A stretch of 64,000 nucleotides of DNA. Source: Candidatus Calditenuaceae archaeon. Lineage in GTDB: Archaea > Thermoproteota > Nitrososphaeria_A > Caldarchaeales > Calditenuaceae. Numbering within the stretch: the first letter of the stretch is position 1; each line of letters starts with the position of its first letter. The position numbers and the translations under genes are program-made. Positions 1 through 9,994 of the stretch are shown piece by piece. Below the pieces are notes generated by a model that did no database searches, was not told the DNA's origin, and saw only the letters and a list, made by a program, of their open reading frames with translations. The stretch covers positions 157,561-221,560 of the forward strand of contig JANXDI010000029.1 of assembly GCA_025059595.1 (NCBI GenBank). The letters are read 5' to 3'.

Positions 1-1
1 C

Positions 2-985
2 TTGGAGTTGGGCGTAGTGAGTGTAGCAAATAGAGGTGAGAAGATAGTAGCCTTAACTAACGGTTTTTTCGGAGATAGGTTCGCTGAGATAGCGAGTTAC
101 TGCGGAACAGAGGTTGTGATACTTGATTCACCGCCAGGTTTTGTTGTATCACCAGAGACGCTTAGAGAGTCACTTGACAACCACCCCGACGCAACCGCAC
201 TCATATGCGTGCAGAACGAGTCAGCTGCTGGGGTGTTGAACCCGATACAATCATATACCAAAATCGCGAAGAAACGCGGCCTCTTCACAGTAGTTGATTC
301 GATATCATCCTTTGGGGGGGCTGAACTGGACGTCGATGGTTGGAGTATCGATGTTTGTGTGGGCTACCCCAATAAATGTCTCAGCGGTATTCCTGGAGCC
401 CTCCCAGTCTCAATCAGCGACGAAGTTTGGGAGAGAGTCGAACGCGGGATAGTCAGGCCCTCCTCGTGGATTACGAACCTGCGAGTCTGGAGATGGTATA
501 GGCGGAACTGGGCGGCCTCCGGCCACCCGTACCCCACCACAGTCAACACTTACTCCTACCTCGCGTTGAAGGCCGCCGCTGAGGTCGCGCTCGAGGAGGG
601 GTTGGAGAAGCGGTATGAGAGGCATAAACGGATGGCGGCCGCCTTTAGAGCGGCGGTGAAGAAGATGGGTTTAGAGCTCATCAGCAAGAATGAAGAATAT
701 GCCTCACCGACAATAACGGCTGCAGCGCTTCCTCCCTCACTACATGGGAAGATAGACCAGATAGTCGGAAATATGTTCGAGGAGTTTAGAATCATGATAA
801 GCCGTGGCATAGCTGCGACAGAAAAAACCGCCATAAGGGTAGGGCACATGGGGTTGACCGCAAGCCCCCGCTACCTCGTTCCAACATTAACAGCCCTCTC
901 TGAGACCTTTAGGTCGCTGGGCTATCAAACCTGCTCCACAGGGGAGGCAGTAGAATCGTTCTACGAGGCTCTGAGACAGGGCTGA
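2..985 (+). CDS. Class V (PLP-dependent) aminotransferase, alanine-glyoxylate/serine-pyruvate aminotransferase family; 5' end lies outside the window
   Basis: ORF runs to the window edge. Fold-type I AT class V layout with a small C-terminal domain (…GHMGLTASPRYLVPTLTAL…). Family assigned by overall resemblance; no search run. Confidence 0.55.
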   Translation: MELGVVSVANRGEKIVALTNGFFGDRFAEIASYCGTEVVILDSPPGFVVSPETLRESLDNHPDATALICVQNESAAGVLNPIQSYTKIAKKRGLFTVVDSISSFGGAELDVDGWSIDVCVGYPNKCLSGIPGALPVSISDEVWERVERGIVRPSSWITNLRVWRWYRRNWAASGHPYPTTVNTYSYLALKAAAEVALEEGLEKRYERHKRMAAAFRAAVKKMGLELISKNEEYASPTITAAALPPSLHGKIDQIVGNMFEEFRIMISRGIAATEKTAIRVGHMGLTASPRYLVPTLTALSETFRSLGYQTCSTGEAVESFYEALRQG

Positions 986-1026
986 ACTGGAGTAAAAAAT
1001 ATAGCTGGGACAGACCTCGAATTCTC

Positions 1027-2160
1027 GTGACCTCACTTTTTGGCATGAAACTCGATAAAGAGACACTTGAACGGCATGTTGGCGATTTATCTCAGGTCGG
1101 TGGTGTATCCATGTTTCAGCTCGCAGACGGGCCCGAGAAGGGGGTGAGATGTATCAGTCTGAAGACAGGACCGCTGGCAGCTACGATAGTTGTTGACAGA
1201 GCCATGGACATAGCCAACCTCGAGTACAAAGGCATACCTCTAGCGTGGATAAGTCCGACCGGAATTAAGGCTCCGGCGTTCTACGAGCCTGAGGGCCTCG
1301 GCTGGCTCCGAGGGTTCTTCGGCGGTGCACTTACGACCTGCGGGTTAACATATTTCGGCAGACCGACGGTAGACGAGGGCGAGCAACTCGGGCTTCACGG
1401 GAGAGTATCTTACACGCCCGCCCGGCTCAAACTCTGTAGAGGTCGATGGATAGGAGATGAGTATCTCATGGAGATTGAGGGTGAGGTAAGAGAGGTCAAA
1501 GTCTTCGAGCCCAACATATCCCTCCACAGACGCATAGAGGCGCGGCTCGGTGAAACCAGAATCCTCATCAAGGACACGGTCTCGAACAACGGATGGAGCC
1601 GCCAGCCATTCATGATATTATACCACTTCAACTTCGGATACCCACTTCTCAGCAAAGACTCGAAGCTCATGTCAACCTCGCGACTCGTAGTTCCACGCGA
1701 CCAGGATGCCGCCGAGGGTGCGGAATATTATGACAGCTTTGACGAGCCTCAGAGAGGGTATAGAGAGAAGGTCTATTTCCACGACCTCGCCGTCGACTCA
1801 GACGGGTACGCATACGCGGCGCTCGTGAACAAACGGATTTTAGACGGCTTAGCAGTTTCTATAAGATTCAGGAAATCAAGCCTCAACCGCTTGATTGAGT
1901 GGAAGATGATGGGTGAGGGGACGTATGTTCTGGGAATAGAGCCGGCCAACGCCCTTGTCTTGGGACGGGATGCGGAGAGGCGTTATGGCACGCTTCAGTT
2001 TCTGGAACCCCGCGAAGAAAGGGAGATTGAAGTGGAGCTGAGCGTGGTGGAGGGGCGGGAGGAGATTAAGAAGTTGGAGGAGCGGATAAAATCGGTTAGG
2101 AGTGTTGAGAGACCCAAAATCTTGAAAACGATTGACGAGTTTGTCGATATGACACGCTAA
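1027..2160 (+). CDS. Aldose-1-epimerase-like (galactose mutarotase fold, DUF4432-like) protein
   Basis: 377 aa. 'ILYHFNFGYP' resembles the mutarotase 'H-x-YFNL' motif. β-rich composition. Otherwise unassigned. Confidence 0.3.
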   Translation: MTSLFGMKLDKETLERHVGDLSQVGGVSMFQLADGPEKGVRCISLKTGPLAATIVVDRAMDIANLEYKGIPLAWISPTGIKAPAFYEPEGLGWLRGFFGGALTTCGLTYFGRPTVDEGEQLGLHGRVSYTPARLKLCRGRWIGDEYLMEIEGEVREVKVFEPNISLHRRIEARLGETRILIKDTVSNNGWSRQPFMILYHFNFGYPLLSKDSKLMSTSRLVVPRDQDAAEGAEYYDSFDEPQRGYREKVYFHDLAVDSDGYAYAALVNKRILDGLAVSIRFRKSSLNRLIEWKMMGEGTYVLGIEPANALVLGRDAERRYGTLQFLEPREEREIEVELSVVEGREEIKKLEERIKSVRSVERPKILKTIDEFVDMTR

Positions 2161-2175
2161 AATGGCGTCACCGGC

Positions 2176-2475
2176 CTACCTGAAGAGCTGGACGTGCCTT
2201 ACACCCCCTATCTCTACGCAAGCGGCCTCACTAACGATGCCATCAGATATAGCCTTAGAAACCACGTCGTTACCCAGCAGATTTATGATTGTTGCCTCCT
2301 CAATAGCCGACTTAACCCCCTCCCAATCAACACGCCTCCCCATGTAAAAATCAGGGCTAACTAGAGCCTCATACCCATCCCGTATCTTAAGCCTCACACC
2401 AACCAGCCCAACATCACATACGGCGACAACCACCTCGCCAGTCAGAGACCTGTGAGTCTTCATCCAATAAGACAT
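2176..2475 (-). CDS. Small conserved archaeal protein (DUF424-like), function unknown
   Basis: 99-aa ORF with protein-like composition (…VAVCDVGLVG…INLLGNDVV…). Sits between well-supported genes. Family guess is weak. Confidence 0.3.
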   Translation of the reverse strand: MSYWMKTHRSLTGEVVVAVCDVGLVGVRLKIRDGYEALVSPDFYMGRRVDWEGVKSAIEEATIINLLGNDVVSKAISDGIVSEAACVEIGGVRHVQLFR

Positions 2476-2558
2476 CCGTAGCCCACCTCAACACAGACAG
2501 CGGCCATAATAAATTTTTCAAAGTCGTCTCAAGCAACCCGTCAATATTTCTGCTTGAT

Positions 2559-3281
2559 TTAAGGCGTTGCCGGAAAGCCGGCCGCTGGTAAAGTCCAGAT
2601 CAAAATAAACGATACTAAGGGAACTGTAATGTTATCGTCTATTCTTCCGATTTCAATCTTCTCCACGATCGAGGCCACAGTTCCTGCAACAGCGCCTGTG
2701 TAACCTAAAGATAGAAAGCCAATTGGGACGCAGAAGAGGGCCATGGCGAAGTTCCCCCACCACGATTTAGTTCTTTTCTGATAAATGAGATTCCTCACGA
2801 GGCCAGTAACTCCGTCACCCACGCTCATGAACAAGATAGGCAGCACCGCCATTGTAAGGTTCTTCATCAGGAAACCGAGACCCATAATTAGTCCCCACAT
2901 TATTATGAAGTGGACCTCATACATGTTCTCCTCTACTTGGTACCAATACCAAATTTTTCCGAGGTGATGGGGAATGTAATTTCCGATAGCTAAGACTGCG
3001 ACTAGCACGGCTATCACCGCGAAACTCTTAAAGAGTACAGGGACGAGCACAGCGGCCAAGCCGCCTGTAAGAATATGAATTATTTTTCTATTAAGGTATA
3101 CGGTTACGTTATGCCTAAATCCCCTCCTCATAAGCGCATCATAGAGCCTCCTACAGACGAAATGGGTAACAAATAGTATCCAAAGAAATAGCGCCAAGGC
3201 GTAAATGATTTCAAGCGGTTCAGGGGTAATAAACATGTTTCTCGAATGTTCCCCGAAATATAAGAGTTTTCTCGGAGACAT
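2559..3281 (-). CDS. Polytopic membrane protein of the CTP-dependent polyprenol/dolichol kinase (DolK/VTE5/CdsA-like) superfamily
   Basis: 240 aa with about 7 hydrophobic segments. C-terminal 'VGDGVTGLVRN…KRTKSWWGNFAM' matches the GD..A..vG…KS.eG motif of polyprenol kinases. Confidence 0.4.
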   Translation of the reverse strand: MSPRKLLYFGEHSRNMFITPEPLEIIYALALFLWILFVTHFVCRRLYDALMRRGFRHNVTVYLNRKIIHILTGGLAAVLVPVLFKSFAVIAVLVAVLAIGNYIPHHLGKIWYWYQVEENMYEVHFIIMWGLIMGLGFLMKNLTMAVLPILFMSVGDGVTGLVRNLIYQKRTKSWWGNFAMALFCVPIGFLSLGYTGAVAGTVASIVEKIEIGRIDDNITVPLVSFILIWTLPAAGFPATP

Positions 3282-3431
3282 TTTTGCCTAAGAGACGGCA
3301 TTTTAGCCTAATTGGCCATATGAGGTCGTCTAGACTTCTCGTCCCTATCAGGGAGCCTTTTAATCTTAGGAGGGAGCGGTAAACACGCTTCAACCACCTT
3401 TAAATCAAGGGCAGGTATTAGATTTTCTGCC

Positions 3432-3764
3432 GTGGGGAAGAGGAAGATTATCGCTGAGCCTAAGGAGCTCGAGAACATGCCTGAGGCGGGTCCAGACGAT
3501 GTCTATGGGATAATTTCGAAGATGGTTGGATACGACAAAGTTCTCGTCGACTGCTCCGATGGAAGGCAGAGACTTTGCAGAATCCGCGGCCAGCTCAAGA
3601 GGAAAATATGGGTGAAGGAGGGCGACCTCGTTCTCGTAAGCCCTTGGGACTTCCAACGGGAGACTAGGGGTGATATATGGTGGAGGTTCACGAAGAATCA
3701 AGCGATAAGCCTTGCCCAGAAAGGAGTTTTACCCGAGTTCCTGAGGGCGCGAATAGAGAAGTAG
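3432..3764 (+). CDS. eif1a: Translation initiation factor aIF-1A (S1/OB fold)
   Basis: 110 aa. 'GKRKI…VYGIISKMVGYDKVLVDCSDGRQRLCRIRGQLKRKIWVKEGDLVLVSPWDF' is the classic eIF1A core. Confidence 0.85.
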   Translation: MGKRKIIAEPKELENMPEAGPDDVYGIISKMVGYDKVLVDCSDGRQRLCRIRGQLKRKIWVKEGDLVLVSPWDFQRETRGDIWWRFTKNQAISLAQKGVLPEFLRARIEK

Positions 3765-3794
3765 CTGAGCCTTGAACCGGTTAGCTGTTCTCAA

Positions 3795-3802
3795 TTTAAA
3801 TA
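3795..3802 (+). promoter_or_regulatory. TATA box (tttaaata) 27 nt upstream of the SufBD ATG; implies a leaderless transcript
   Basis: Same TTTAAATA-type element recurs at 22–30 nt upstream of many starts in this window. Confidence 0.35.
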
Positions 3803-3829
3803 CGGCCAAGCGGAAAGATAATCCAGCCG

Positions 3830-5215
3830 ATGGCAGAGGGTTTAATATCGAATAATGCCTTGACTCTTCTCGAGAGGCTGAGACAGAGGGGCTTAGAGAC
3901 TTTCAGGAAACTTGAATACGTGACAAATCCACTCTACCTGAAGCATCACGAGAGGCTGACTATCGACGACGACTGGGTCAGGGCAAAGGGGGTCCCCCGC
4001 GACGACAGACTGCCTGAACGCTTCGCGCCCCTGACAGAGAGGCGTGACGAGCCTGTGGTCATACACCTTAACGGCAAGCCTGTCGCTGCACACTTACCTT
4101 CAGAGTTGGGGGAGAGGGGGGTCTGGATAGGCTCTCTCTGGGACGCCCTTCGGCAGAGGCCGAGCCTTGTGGAGAGGATGGTCACGGAATACTGTTTCAG
4201 CCCCGAGGAGGAGAAGCTTGTTGGATTGATTTACAGCTCGCTTAACTCTGGCGTCGTAGTTTACGTGCCCGATGGATTTGAAGCCGATTTGAAGGTTAGG
4301 CTTATTTGGTTGACGAATGAGGGCGATGGAGTAACATCTGCTCTCACCTTAATTTATGCGGGTAGAGATTCTCGAGTGTCTTTTTTGGAGGAGCACTACT
4401 CCTACGGCTCTGGGGAGAAATCATTCGTCGGCCACATCATCACAGTCATCGGGGGGGACAACTCTTCAGTCAAACATGCACTCTTTAACAACTTGTCCAA
4501 CAGCGCCGAGGTCGCCATTTACAGGAGGTCATACACCATGAACTACGCATCCCAGACATGGATTGGCGCGAACCTTGGAGGAGCAGTATCGAAGTCTCTC
4601 GTCGATAATGTCTTGGCCGGTAATGGTGCACGGTCAGATACTCTGGAGGTCACCATGGCTACGGGTTCTCAAAGGTTTGATGTAACAGCGAATTTGATTC
4701 ACCGAGGTGAGGGGACGACTGGCCGTGTTGTTGTCAAGGGTCTTGGTCTTGACTCATCGCGCATGATATTCAAGGGGATTATTAAGATTGAGCAACGCGC
4801 CAAAAACACAAGCGCGTATCTCGCTGAGCATGCGATGCTTCTCAGCCCAAATGCGAGGGCTGACGCGATACCGGGGCTTGAAATAGAGAGTGACAATGTG
4901 AAGGCAACTCACTCCGCCAGCGTGAGCCAAGTCGACCCCGAACAGCTTTGGTATCTCATGACGAGGGGCCTCAGCAAGGATGAGGCTGTTAGACTCATCG
5001 CTACGGGATTCTTCGAGCCCGTCATAAGCCAGATAGACGTGGCCGAGGTGAGGTGGAGCATCCGGCACATGCTGGAGAATAAGTGGCAGAAGCCGGGTCA
5101 AAAACCGATAGACCTTGAGACGCTAATGGACATCTACGTAGAGCCCGAGGACGTTGGGAAGAGGGTCGAAGACATTTTCGGCACCCACTACAAATATGTG
5201 TACGGTAAGGGATAG
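3830..5215 (+). CDS. sufB: Fe-S cluster assembly scaffold protein, SufB/SufD family
   Basis: 461 aa. C-terminal '…LSPNARADAIPGLEIESDNVKATHSASVSQVDPEQLWYLMTRGLSKDEAVRLI' is the SufBD signature region. No sufC adjacent. Confidence 0.8.
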   Translation: MAEGLISNNALTLLERLRQRGLETFRKLEYVTNPLYLKHHERLTIDDDWVRAKGVPRDDRLPERFAPLTERRDEPVVIHLNGKPVAAHLPSELGERGVWIGSLWDALRQRPSLVERMVTEYCFSPEEEKLVGLIYSSLNSGVVVYVPDGFEADLKVRLIWLTNEGDGVTSALTLIYAGRDSRVSFLEEHYSYGSGEKSFVGHIITVIGGDNSSVKHALFNNLSNSAEVAIYRRSYTMNYASQTWIGANLGGAVSKSLVDNVLAGNGARSDTLEVTMATGSQRFDVTANLIHRGEGTTGRVVVKGLGLDSSRMIFKGIIKIEQRAKNTSAYLAEHAMLLSPNARADAIPGLEIESDNVKATHSASVSQVDPEQLWYLMTRGLSKDEAVRLIATGFFEPVISQIDVAEVRWSIRHMLENKWQKPGQKPIDLETLMDIYVEPEDVGKRVEDIFGTHYKYVYGKG

Positions 5216-5265
5216 AACACTTATGGAGGTCAAGATATTACGTGGCTCAGGGATGCGAGTAATCT

Positions 5266-5274
5266 CTATATAAG
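5266..5274 (+). promoter_or_regulatory. TATA box (ctatataag) about 31 nt upstream of the smc start
   Basis: AT-rich TATA-like element in the 89-nt spacer before smc. Confidence 0.3.
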
Positions 5275-5304
5275 CCCGACTCAATTCATAGCGAAAAGCA
5301 GATT

Positions 5305-8300
5305 ATGGTATACATTAAGCGCATCTCGATTCAGGGTTTCAAGTCGTTTGGGGCAAAGAGAGTAATAATAAAGCCGGAGAAAGGGTTCATGGTCATTACT
5401 GGGCCTAATGGTGGAGGAAAAAGCAACGTTTTAGACGCCATCAAATTCTGTCTGGGGGAGCTCAGTAACAACGCCCTGAGAGTTGGGAAACTCTCTGACC
5501 TGATACACGAAAACAATGGCAGGCGTCTAAACCAAGCGACTGTCACACTCCTTCTTGACAACTCCGACAGAGCTCTCCCCTTAGAAACAGACGAGGTGAC
5601 AATATCGAGGACGATATCGAGTGGCGGGGAGAGCATATACAGAGTAAACGGCAGGACAGTCTCTCGAAACGAGCTCTTATCACTACTTGCAGCGGCCAAC
5701 ATAAAGCCAGGCGGATTCAACATCATAACTCAGGGTGCGGTCCTAAGCATCGCCGAGAAGAGTCCCGAGGAGCTGCGGAGGATTATAGACGATGTTGCAG
5801 GAGTTTCAGAGTTTGATAGGCGTAAGTCCGAGGTTTTGAGGGAGCTTGAGGTCGCTGATAAAAACGTCGCCATAGTTAGAGCGGGGCTTGAGGAAATGGG
5901 GAATAGGGTGAAGCAACTTGAGGTTGAAAGGAACGCTCTAACGCGGAGTCTGTTACTGTCGAGATACCTTTCTCAGCTCAAGAGGCAGAAACTTCTCGAG
6001 GAGCTCGGCGAGCTAGAACAGAAGTTTACAATGTTAGAGAATGAGGGGCGCATTTTAGAGGAGAGGCGTACCCATGTCTCTAGCCTTGTCGAGAGCCTGT
6101 TAAGGCAGAGGCAAGAAAAGCTTTCGAAGAGTAGGGAAGTGGAGTCTGAACTCACAGAGATTCAGGCGAGGCTAAATAACCTGAGCGTTCCCCCATCCGG
6201 TCAAGTCGCTCCACTTGACTCATTAAGATACTCAATAAGAAGCGAAGGGTCGAGATATGCTAAGATTAAGCGTGACTTTTTTGAGGTTCTACGTCGAGCC
6301 GCGTCCCTCAAATCAGAGATTTCAACCCTCGAAAATGATTTGAAAAAAATGGAGGAGCAGTATACTCAGAGTCTCGGCGAGCTAAGTGGGACGGAGCGGT
6401 GGCTGGAGGAACTAAAATCGAGGAGGTCAGGACTACTCTCCTCTCTCAAGAAATGGAGAGAGGCAGTAGCCGCATTTGAGGCGAAGCGTGCTGCTTTTGA
6501 GAGAGAACTGAGTAGATTGGAGGCGCGTGTCACGCTGACTGACCAGAGAAACGCAGAGGTTTCGCAGAAACTAACTGAAGCTGAGGAGACGCTCGAGAAG
6601 GCTCTATCTGAGAAACAGAGAGTAGAGAATGAGTTTCGAAGGACTCGGCATCGCCTCGAGGAGCTTGAAAGTATAATAGAAAAGTCAAACACAGAAATTC
6701 AGGGACTCCGGTCTAGGATTAAGTCATACGAAGAGATGAGGGCTGAGATTAAGGCCCTCGCTGAGGAACTAGCGCGTCTGAAAGCCGAGGTTGAGGGCTC
6801 TTTAAAGTTTGAGGAGGTAGGGGAGCGCGGGTCGCCTCGACGTAAGACGCCCCTCACAACCCCTCATATCGTCAGACTTAGAGATTTTTTAACGGGCGAT
6901 GACCTCAACTCTGCAAAAGTTTCACCACTAATTTCTGATTATCTCGACACCATCGTTGTTGAGAGGAGTAGTGTCGCCTGGGCAATTTCATCCCTCGCGA
7001 CTGAGCGAGGGCTTAATGTCTCAGTTCTAAGCCTCGAAGGGGTTGAGCGAGATGGGTGTGCAGGTGATGGCTGTTTGGCATGCAGCTTATCGGCCGGTAA
7101 CATCCGACTCAGGAGAGTGCTTCACGCCCTGTTTCCGAACCATGTTTCAGGAGGTCAAGAAAGCTTCGAGCCGGGTCAGGCCACCGTGACCCCAACCGGT
7201 GTTCACTACAACGGGCACGGATTCTTCAGAGTCTTAGAACGTGCGAGGTCTAATGAGCGCCCGGAAAGGCTTCTGAGGGTGATACATGAGACAATTGCAG
7301 CTCTGGAGGAAGCTCATGGCGATTGCGAGACGGCTTTAACAAATTTAAGGGGAAAGCTAAACGAACTTGAAAATAGCCTCTCGGATGCCAGTTTCGAAAA
7401 GAGGGAACTTGAGGCAGGCGTAGGAAGACTTCTCAAAAGGCTTGAAGAACTCGCAGAAGATGAGAAGAGACTTCACGAGAGGATAAATGACCTGAAAAGC
7501 GAGTTAGACCGCCTCGTAGCCGAGCGTGCTGCCCTTTATGAAAATATGAGGAAGGTTACTAAAGAGCTTGAAGAATTAGATGGGCCAGAAAGGCTTGAGA
7601 CTGACGCGCTCCAAACCCAAGTCGAAAAACTGGACTTAGAGATTAACTCTCTTGAGAGGAGGCTAGGCGAGCAAAGCACCTTCGTCGAGTCTATTAAGAG
7701 TCAGCTTGTGCAGGTAAGTGTGAAGCGTGAAGAGTTAGTAGGTATGATTTCGAGAATGGAGGGAGAGGTACGGAGGCTCAAATCCGAGGCCGAGTTGTCG
7801 AAGAAGAGACTGAAGGAGATAGTGGATCTCTATCTCGAGTCTTGGAGAAGAGGGCGGGAGAGGAGAAGCGAGCTCGAGGAGCTATCTAGGAGGATGTCTG
7901 AACTTCTCGAGGCGCGGAGAGAGCTGAGCGAAGAACTCTCGAGCCTTGAGGACAGAATTGAAGAAGGAAGGTCTGAATTATTTTCCATCGAGTCACAGAC
8001 CAGAAATCTAGCTGTTATGAGGGTTGAGCTCATTATGAGAAGAAACTCTATTTTAGAGCGGCTCAACTCCATGAGCGCCCCACCAGTGGAGGACCTATCT
8101 CTCCTGCCGCGAGAGTTTCTGGAAATAATAGGCATAGAACTGGAGCGAGAGCTAAACTCTATAGGAATGGTTAATCAGCTCGCCATTCAACAATACTCTG
8201 AACTAATCATAGAGTACAAAGGCAGGTCTGAGAAAGTTGAATTGCTTGAGAAGGAGAGAAGGAGGATTATCGAGGTTTTAGAGAAGCTTGATGCTCAGAA

Positions 8301-8760
8301 GTTAGAGGTCTTCATGAAGACCTTTAGCAGAGTCTCCGAGGGGTTTGGGAAATATTTCGCGGCCCTCACCGGAGGGTCGGGATGGCTCGAGTTCTCAAAC
8401 CCTGAGAACCCGCTCGAGTCGGGTGTTGAGATGTATGTTGCTTTCCCTGGAAGGTCTGCTAAACCATCGAGGAGCATTAGCGGTGGAGAGAAGTCGGTCT
8501 CCGCGGTGGCTCTCCTAATGGCTTTTCAGGGGCTAACACCTGCAGATTTCTTAGTCATGGATGAAGTGGACGCCCACATGGACGCTAACTATAGCAAGAA
8601 CTTGGCCGCACTTCTGAAGGAATTTTCCGCTAAGACACAGGTCATCACAGTCAGCCTCAAGGATGTCATCGCTGAGAGGGCTGACCAGCTCATCGGAGTT
8701 TATAATCAGGACGGTGAATCGAGAGTTGTTGTCACGAGGCTTGAAGAAAATCAGTCCTGA
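5305..8760 (+). CDS. smc: Chromosome segregation protein SMC (condensin core ATPase)
   Basis: 1151 aa. N-terminal Walker A 'ITGPNGGGKSNVLDAI'. Long coiled coils. C-terminal ABC signature 'ISGGEKSVSAVALLMAF' and Walker B 'LVMDEVDAHMD'. Confidence 0.9.
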   Translation: MVYIKRISIQGFKSFGAKRVIIKPEKGFMVITGPNGGGKSNVLDAIKFCLGELSNNALRVGKLSDLIHENNGRRLNQATVTLLLDNSDRALPLETDEVTISRTISSGGESIYRVNGRTVSRNELLSLLAAANIKPGGFNIITQGAVLSIAEKSPEELRRIIDDVAGVSEFDRRKSEVLRELEVADKNVAIVRAGLEEMGNRVKQLEVERNALTRSLLLSRYLSQLKRQKLLEELGELEQKFTMLENEGRILEERRTHVSSLVESLLRQRQEKLSKSREVESELTEIQARLNNLSVPPSGQVAPLDSLRYSIRSEGSRYAKIKRDFFEVLRRAASLKSEISTLENDLKKMEEQYTQSLGELSGTERWLEELKSRRSGLLSSLKKWREAVAAFEAKRAAFERELSRLEARVTLTDQRNAEVSQKLTEAEETLEKALSEKQRVENEFRRTRHRLEELESIIEKSNTEIQGLRSRIKSYEEMRAEIKALAEELARLKAEVEGSLKFEEVGERGSPRRKTPLTTPHIVRLRDFLTGDDLNSAKVSPLISDYLDTIVVERSSVAWAISSLATERGLNVSVLSLEGVERDGCAGDGCLACSLSAGNIRLRRVLHALFPNHVSGGQESFEPGQATVTPTGVHYNGHGFFRVLERARSNERPERLLRVIHETIAALEEAHGDCETALTNLRGKLNELENSLSDASFEKRELEAGVGRLLKRLEELAEDEKRLHERINDLKSELDRLVAERAALYENMRKVTKELEELDGPERLETDALQTQVEKLDLEINSLERRLGEQSTFVESIKSQLVQVSVKREELVGMISRMEGEVRRLKSEAELSKKRLKEIVDLYLESWRRGRERRSELEELSRRMSELLEARRELSEELSSLEDRIEEGRSELFSIESQTRNLAVMRVELIMRRNSILERLNSMSAPPVEDLSLLPREFLEIIGIELERELNSIGMVNQLAIQQYSELIIEYKGRSEKVELLEKERRRIIEVLEKLDAQKLEVFMKTFSRVSEGFGKYFAALTGGSGWLEFSNPENPLESGVEMYVAFPGRSAKPSRSISGGEKSVSAVALLMAFQGLTPADFLVMDEVDAHMDANYSKNLAALLKEFSAKTQVITVSLKDVIAERADQLIGVYNQDGESRVVVTRLEENQS

Positions 8761-9391
8761 AGAGCTTGACTGGCACGTCTTTCTGGCGGTTCACACGCTG
8801 AATAAGCAGGTTATTTTGCGGCTTGACTTGTTGGGTCTCCTCAATCAGTTTGAGGACGTGGTCTCTTCACGACAACTCAGCCTCTCGCTGGAGGGTGTAG
8901 CCCTTTGGGGAGCCGCCTACTTACACCGCATCAGGTCAGAAAACATCTTCAACCCCACGAGAGGGACTGAAGCCAAGCCCAAGCCTGACCTAATAGTCCC
9001 CCCGGAGCTGGAGATACCCATCAAGCCAGGAATGCTTGGAACGACAATCCTAGAGATTGTAAATGCTCTCAAAAAAGTGTTAGAATCTGCTTCACCAACT
9101 CCGACGCTCAACAGGACATTACAGTCAGATATTAACCTCGACAACTACCTCGTGAAAATTGAAGAGGAGCTGGAGGAGTTCATAAAATTTCTAGAAGACC
9201 TCCTCTCAGGGGCGGACAAATTACCTCTCGCGGAGCTGCTAAGGGGGGTCGATAGGCTTGAAGCAGCGCGGAGATTCATCCTCCTGCTGTTGGCGGCCGG
9301 AAGAGGGGCTGTAGAGCTTTACGAGGACGAGCAAACTGGAGGCGTATTTTTAAGGAGGAAAGGATCAAATGCCCAAGAAGGCGGGAACTGA
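8741..9391 (+). CDS. scpA: Segregation and condensation protein A (kleisin ScpA); start probably TTG at 8741, overlapping the smc stop
   Basis: ScpA-like '…LEGVALWGAAYLHRIRSENIF…' and a winged-helix C-terminus. The track's ATG at 8663 overlaps smc by 98 nt. The TTG at 8741 gives a 20-nt overlap. Confidence 0.7.
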   Translation: MKKISPEELDWHVFLAVHTLNKQVILRLDLLGLLNQFEDVVSSRQLSLSLEGVALWGAAYLHRIRSENIFNPTRGTEAKPKPDLIVPPELEIPIKPGMLGTTILEIVNALKKVLESASPTPTLNRTLQSDINLDNYLVKIEEELEEFIKFLEDLLSGADKLPLAELLRGVDRLEAARRFILLLLAAGRGAVELYEDEQTGGVFLRRKGSNAQEGGN

Positions 9392-9935
9392 AGACGCTGG
9401 GAGGGTGGAGGCCATCGCTAAGGCCCTAATCGAGGCCGCCCTTTTTCTCAGCGACCGCCCACTATCTATTGAAAAGCTTAGGTCGCTGTCGGGCCTTAGG
9501 AGCAGGAATAAGGTAGAGGCTCTAGTCGAGGATTTGAGAAGAGAATATGAGGAATCGGGCAGGGCATTCACAATTTCAAAATTCCGCGGCGAGAGTTTCA
9601 TGTTGCACGTCAAGCCAGAGTGGCTATCACTCGTTAAGAGACATGTCGGTAAGACAGTCCTGAGCACAGGAGTTCTCAGGACACTATCTTTCATAGCTTA
9701 TCACCAGCCTGTAGAAAAATCGACAGTTGCCGCAGTTAGAGGAGGCCGCGCCTACGCGCAGGTGAGGGAGCTCACAGAGCGCGGTCTAATCGAGGCCGAG
9801 AGGAGAGGAAGGTCAACGCTACTCAAGACAACAAAGCTTTTCGCCGAGCTCTTAGGTGTGGAAGATAATCCAGCCGCAATTAGAAAAAAGATTCAGGAAG
9901 TGATGCCGAGCCCTGAGGAAGAGAGAAAATCTTAG
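9369..9935 (+). CDS. scpB: Segregation and condensation protein B (ScpB)
   Basis: 188 aa. Tandem winged-helix 'AIAKALIEAALFLSDRPLSIEKL…' and 'VLRTLSFIAYHQPVEKSTVAAVRG' typical of ScpB. Overlaps the scpA 3' end by 23 nt. Confidence 0.8.
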   Translation: MPKKAGTEDAGRVEAIAKALIEAALFLSDRPLSIEKLRSLSGLRSRNKVEALVEDLRREYEESGRAFTISKFRGESFMLHVKPEWLSLVKRHVGKTVLSTGVLRTLSFIAYHQPVEKSTVAAVRGGRAYAQVRELTERGLIEAERRGRSTLLKTTKLFAELLGVEDNPAAIRKKIQEVMPSPEEERKS

Positions 9936-9994
9936 TAACCGGGAATAAATCTATCAATCAGCGGATAGATGGGTTCAACACGGCTGAAAAGGAG

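Noticed and set aside
5900-8200. Repetitive-looking E/L/R/K-rich sequence in smc, considered as a possible tandem repeat or low-complexity element
   Set aside because: It is coiled-coil heptad periodicity at the protein level. There is no nucleotide-level direct repeat with a constant unit.
8663-8740. ATG 8663 as the scpA start (98-nt overlap with smc)
   Set aside because: The overlap is implausibly long. The TTG at 8741 gives the usual short overlap. The region encodes the conserved SMC C-terminus in another frame.
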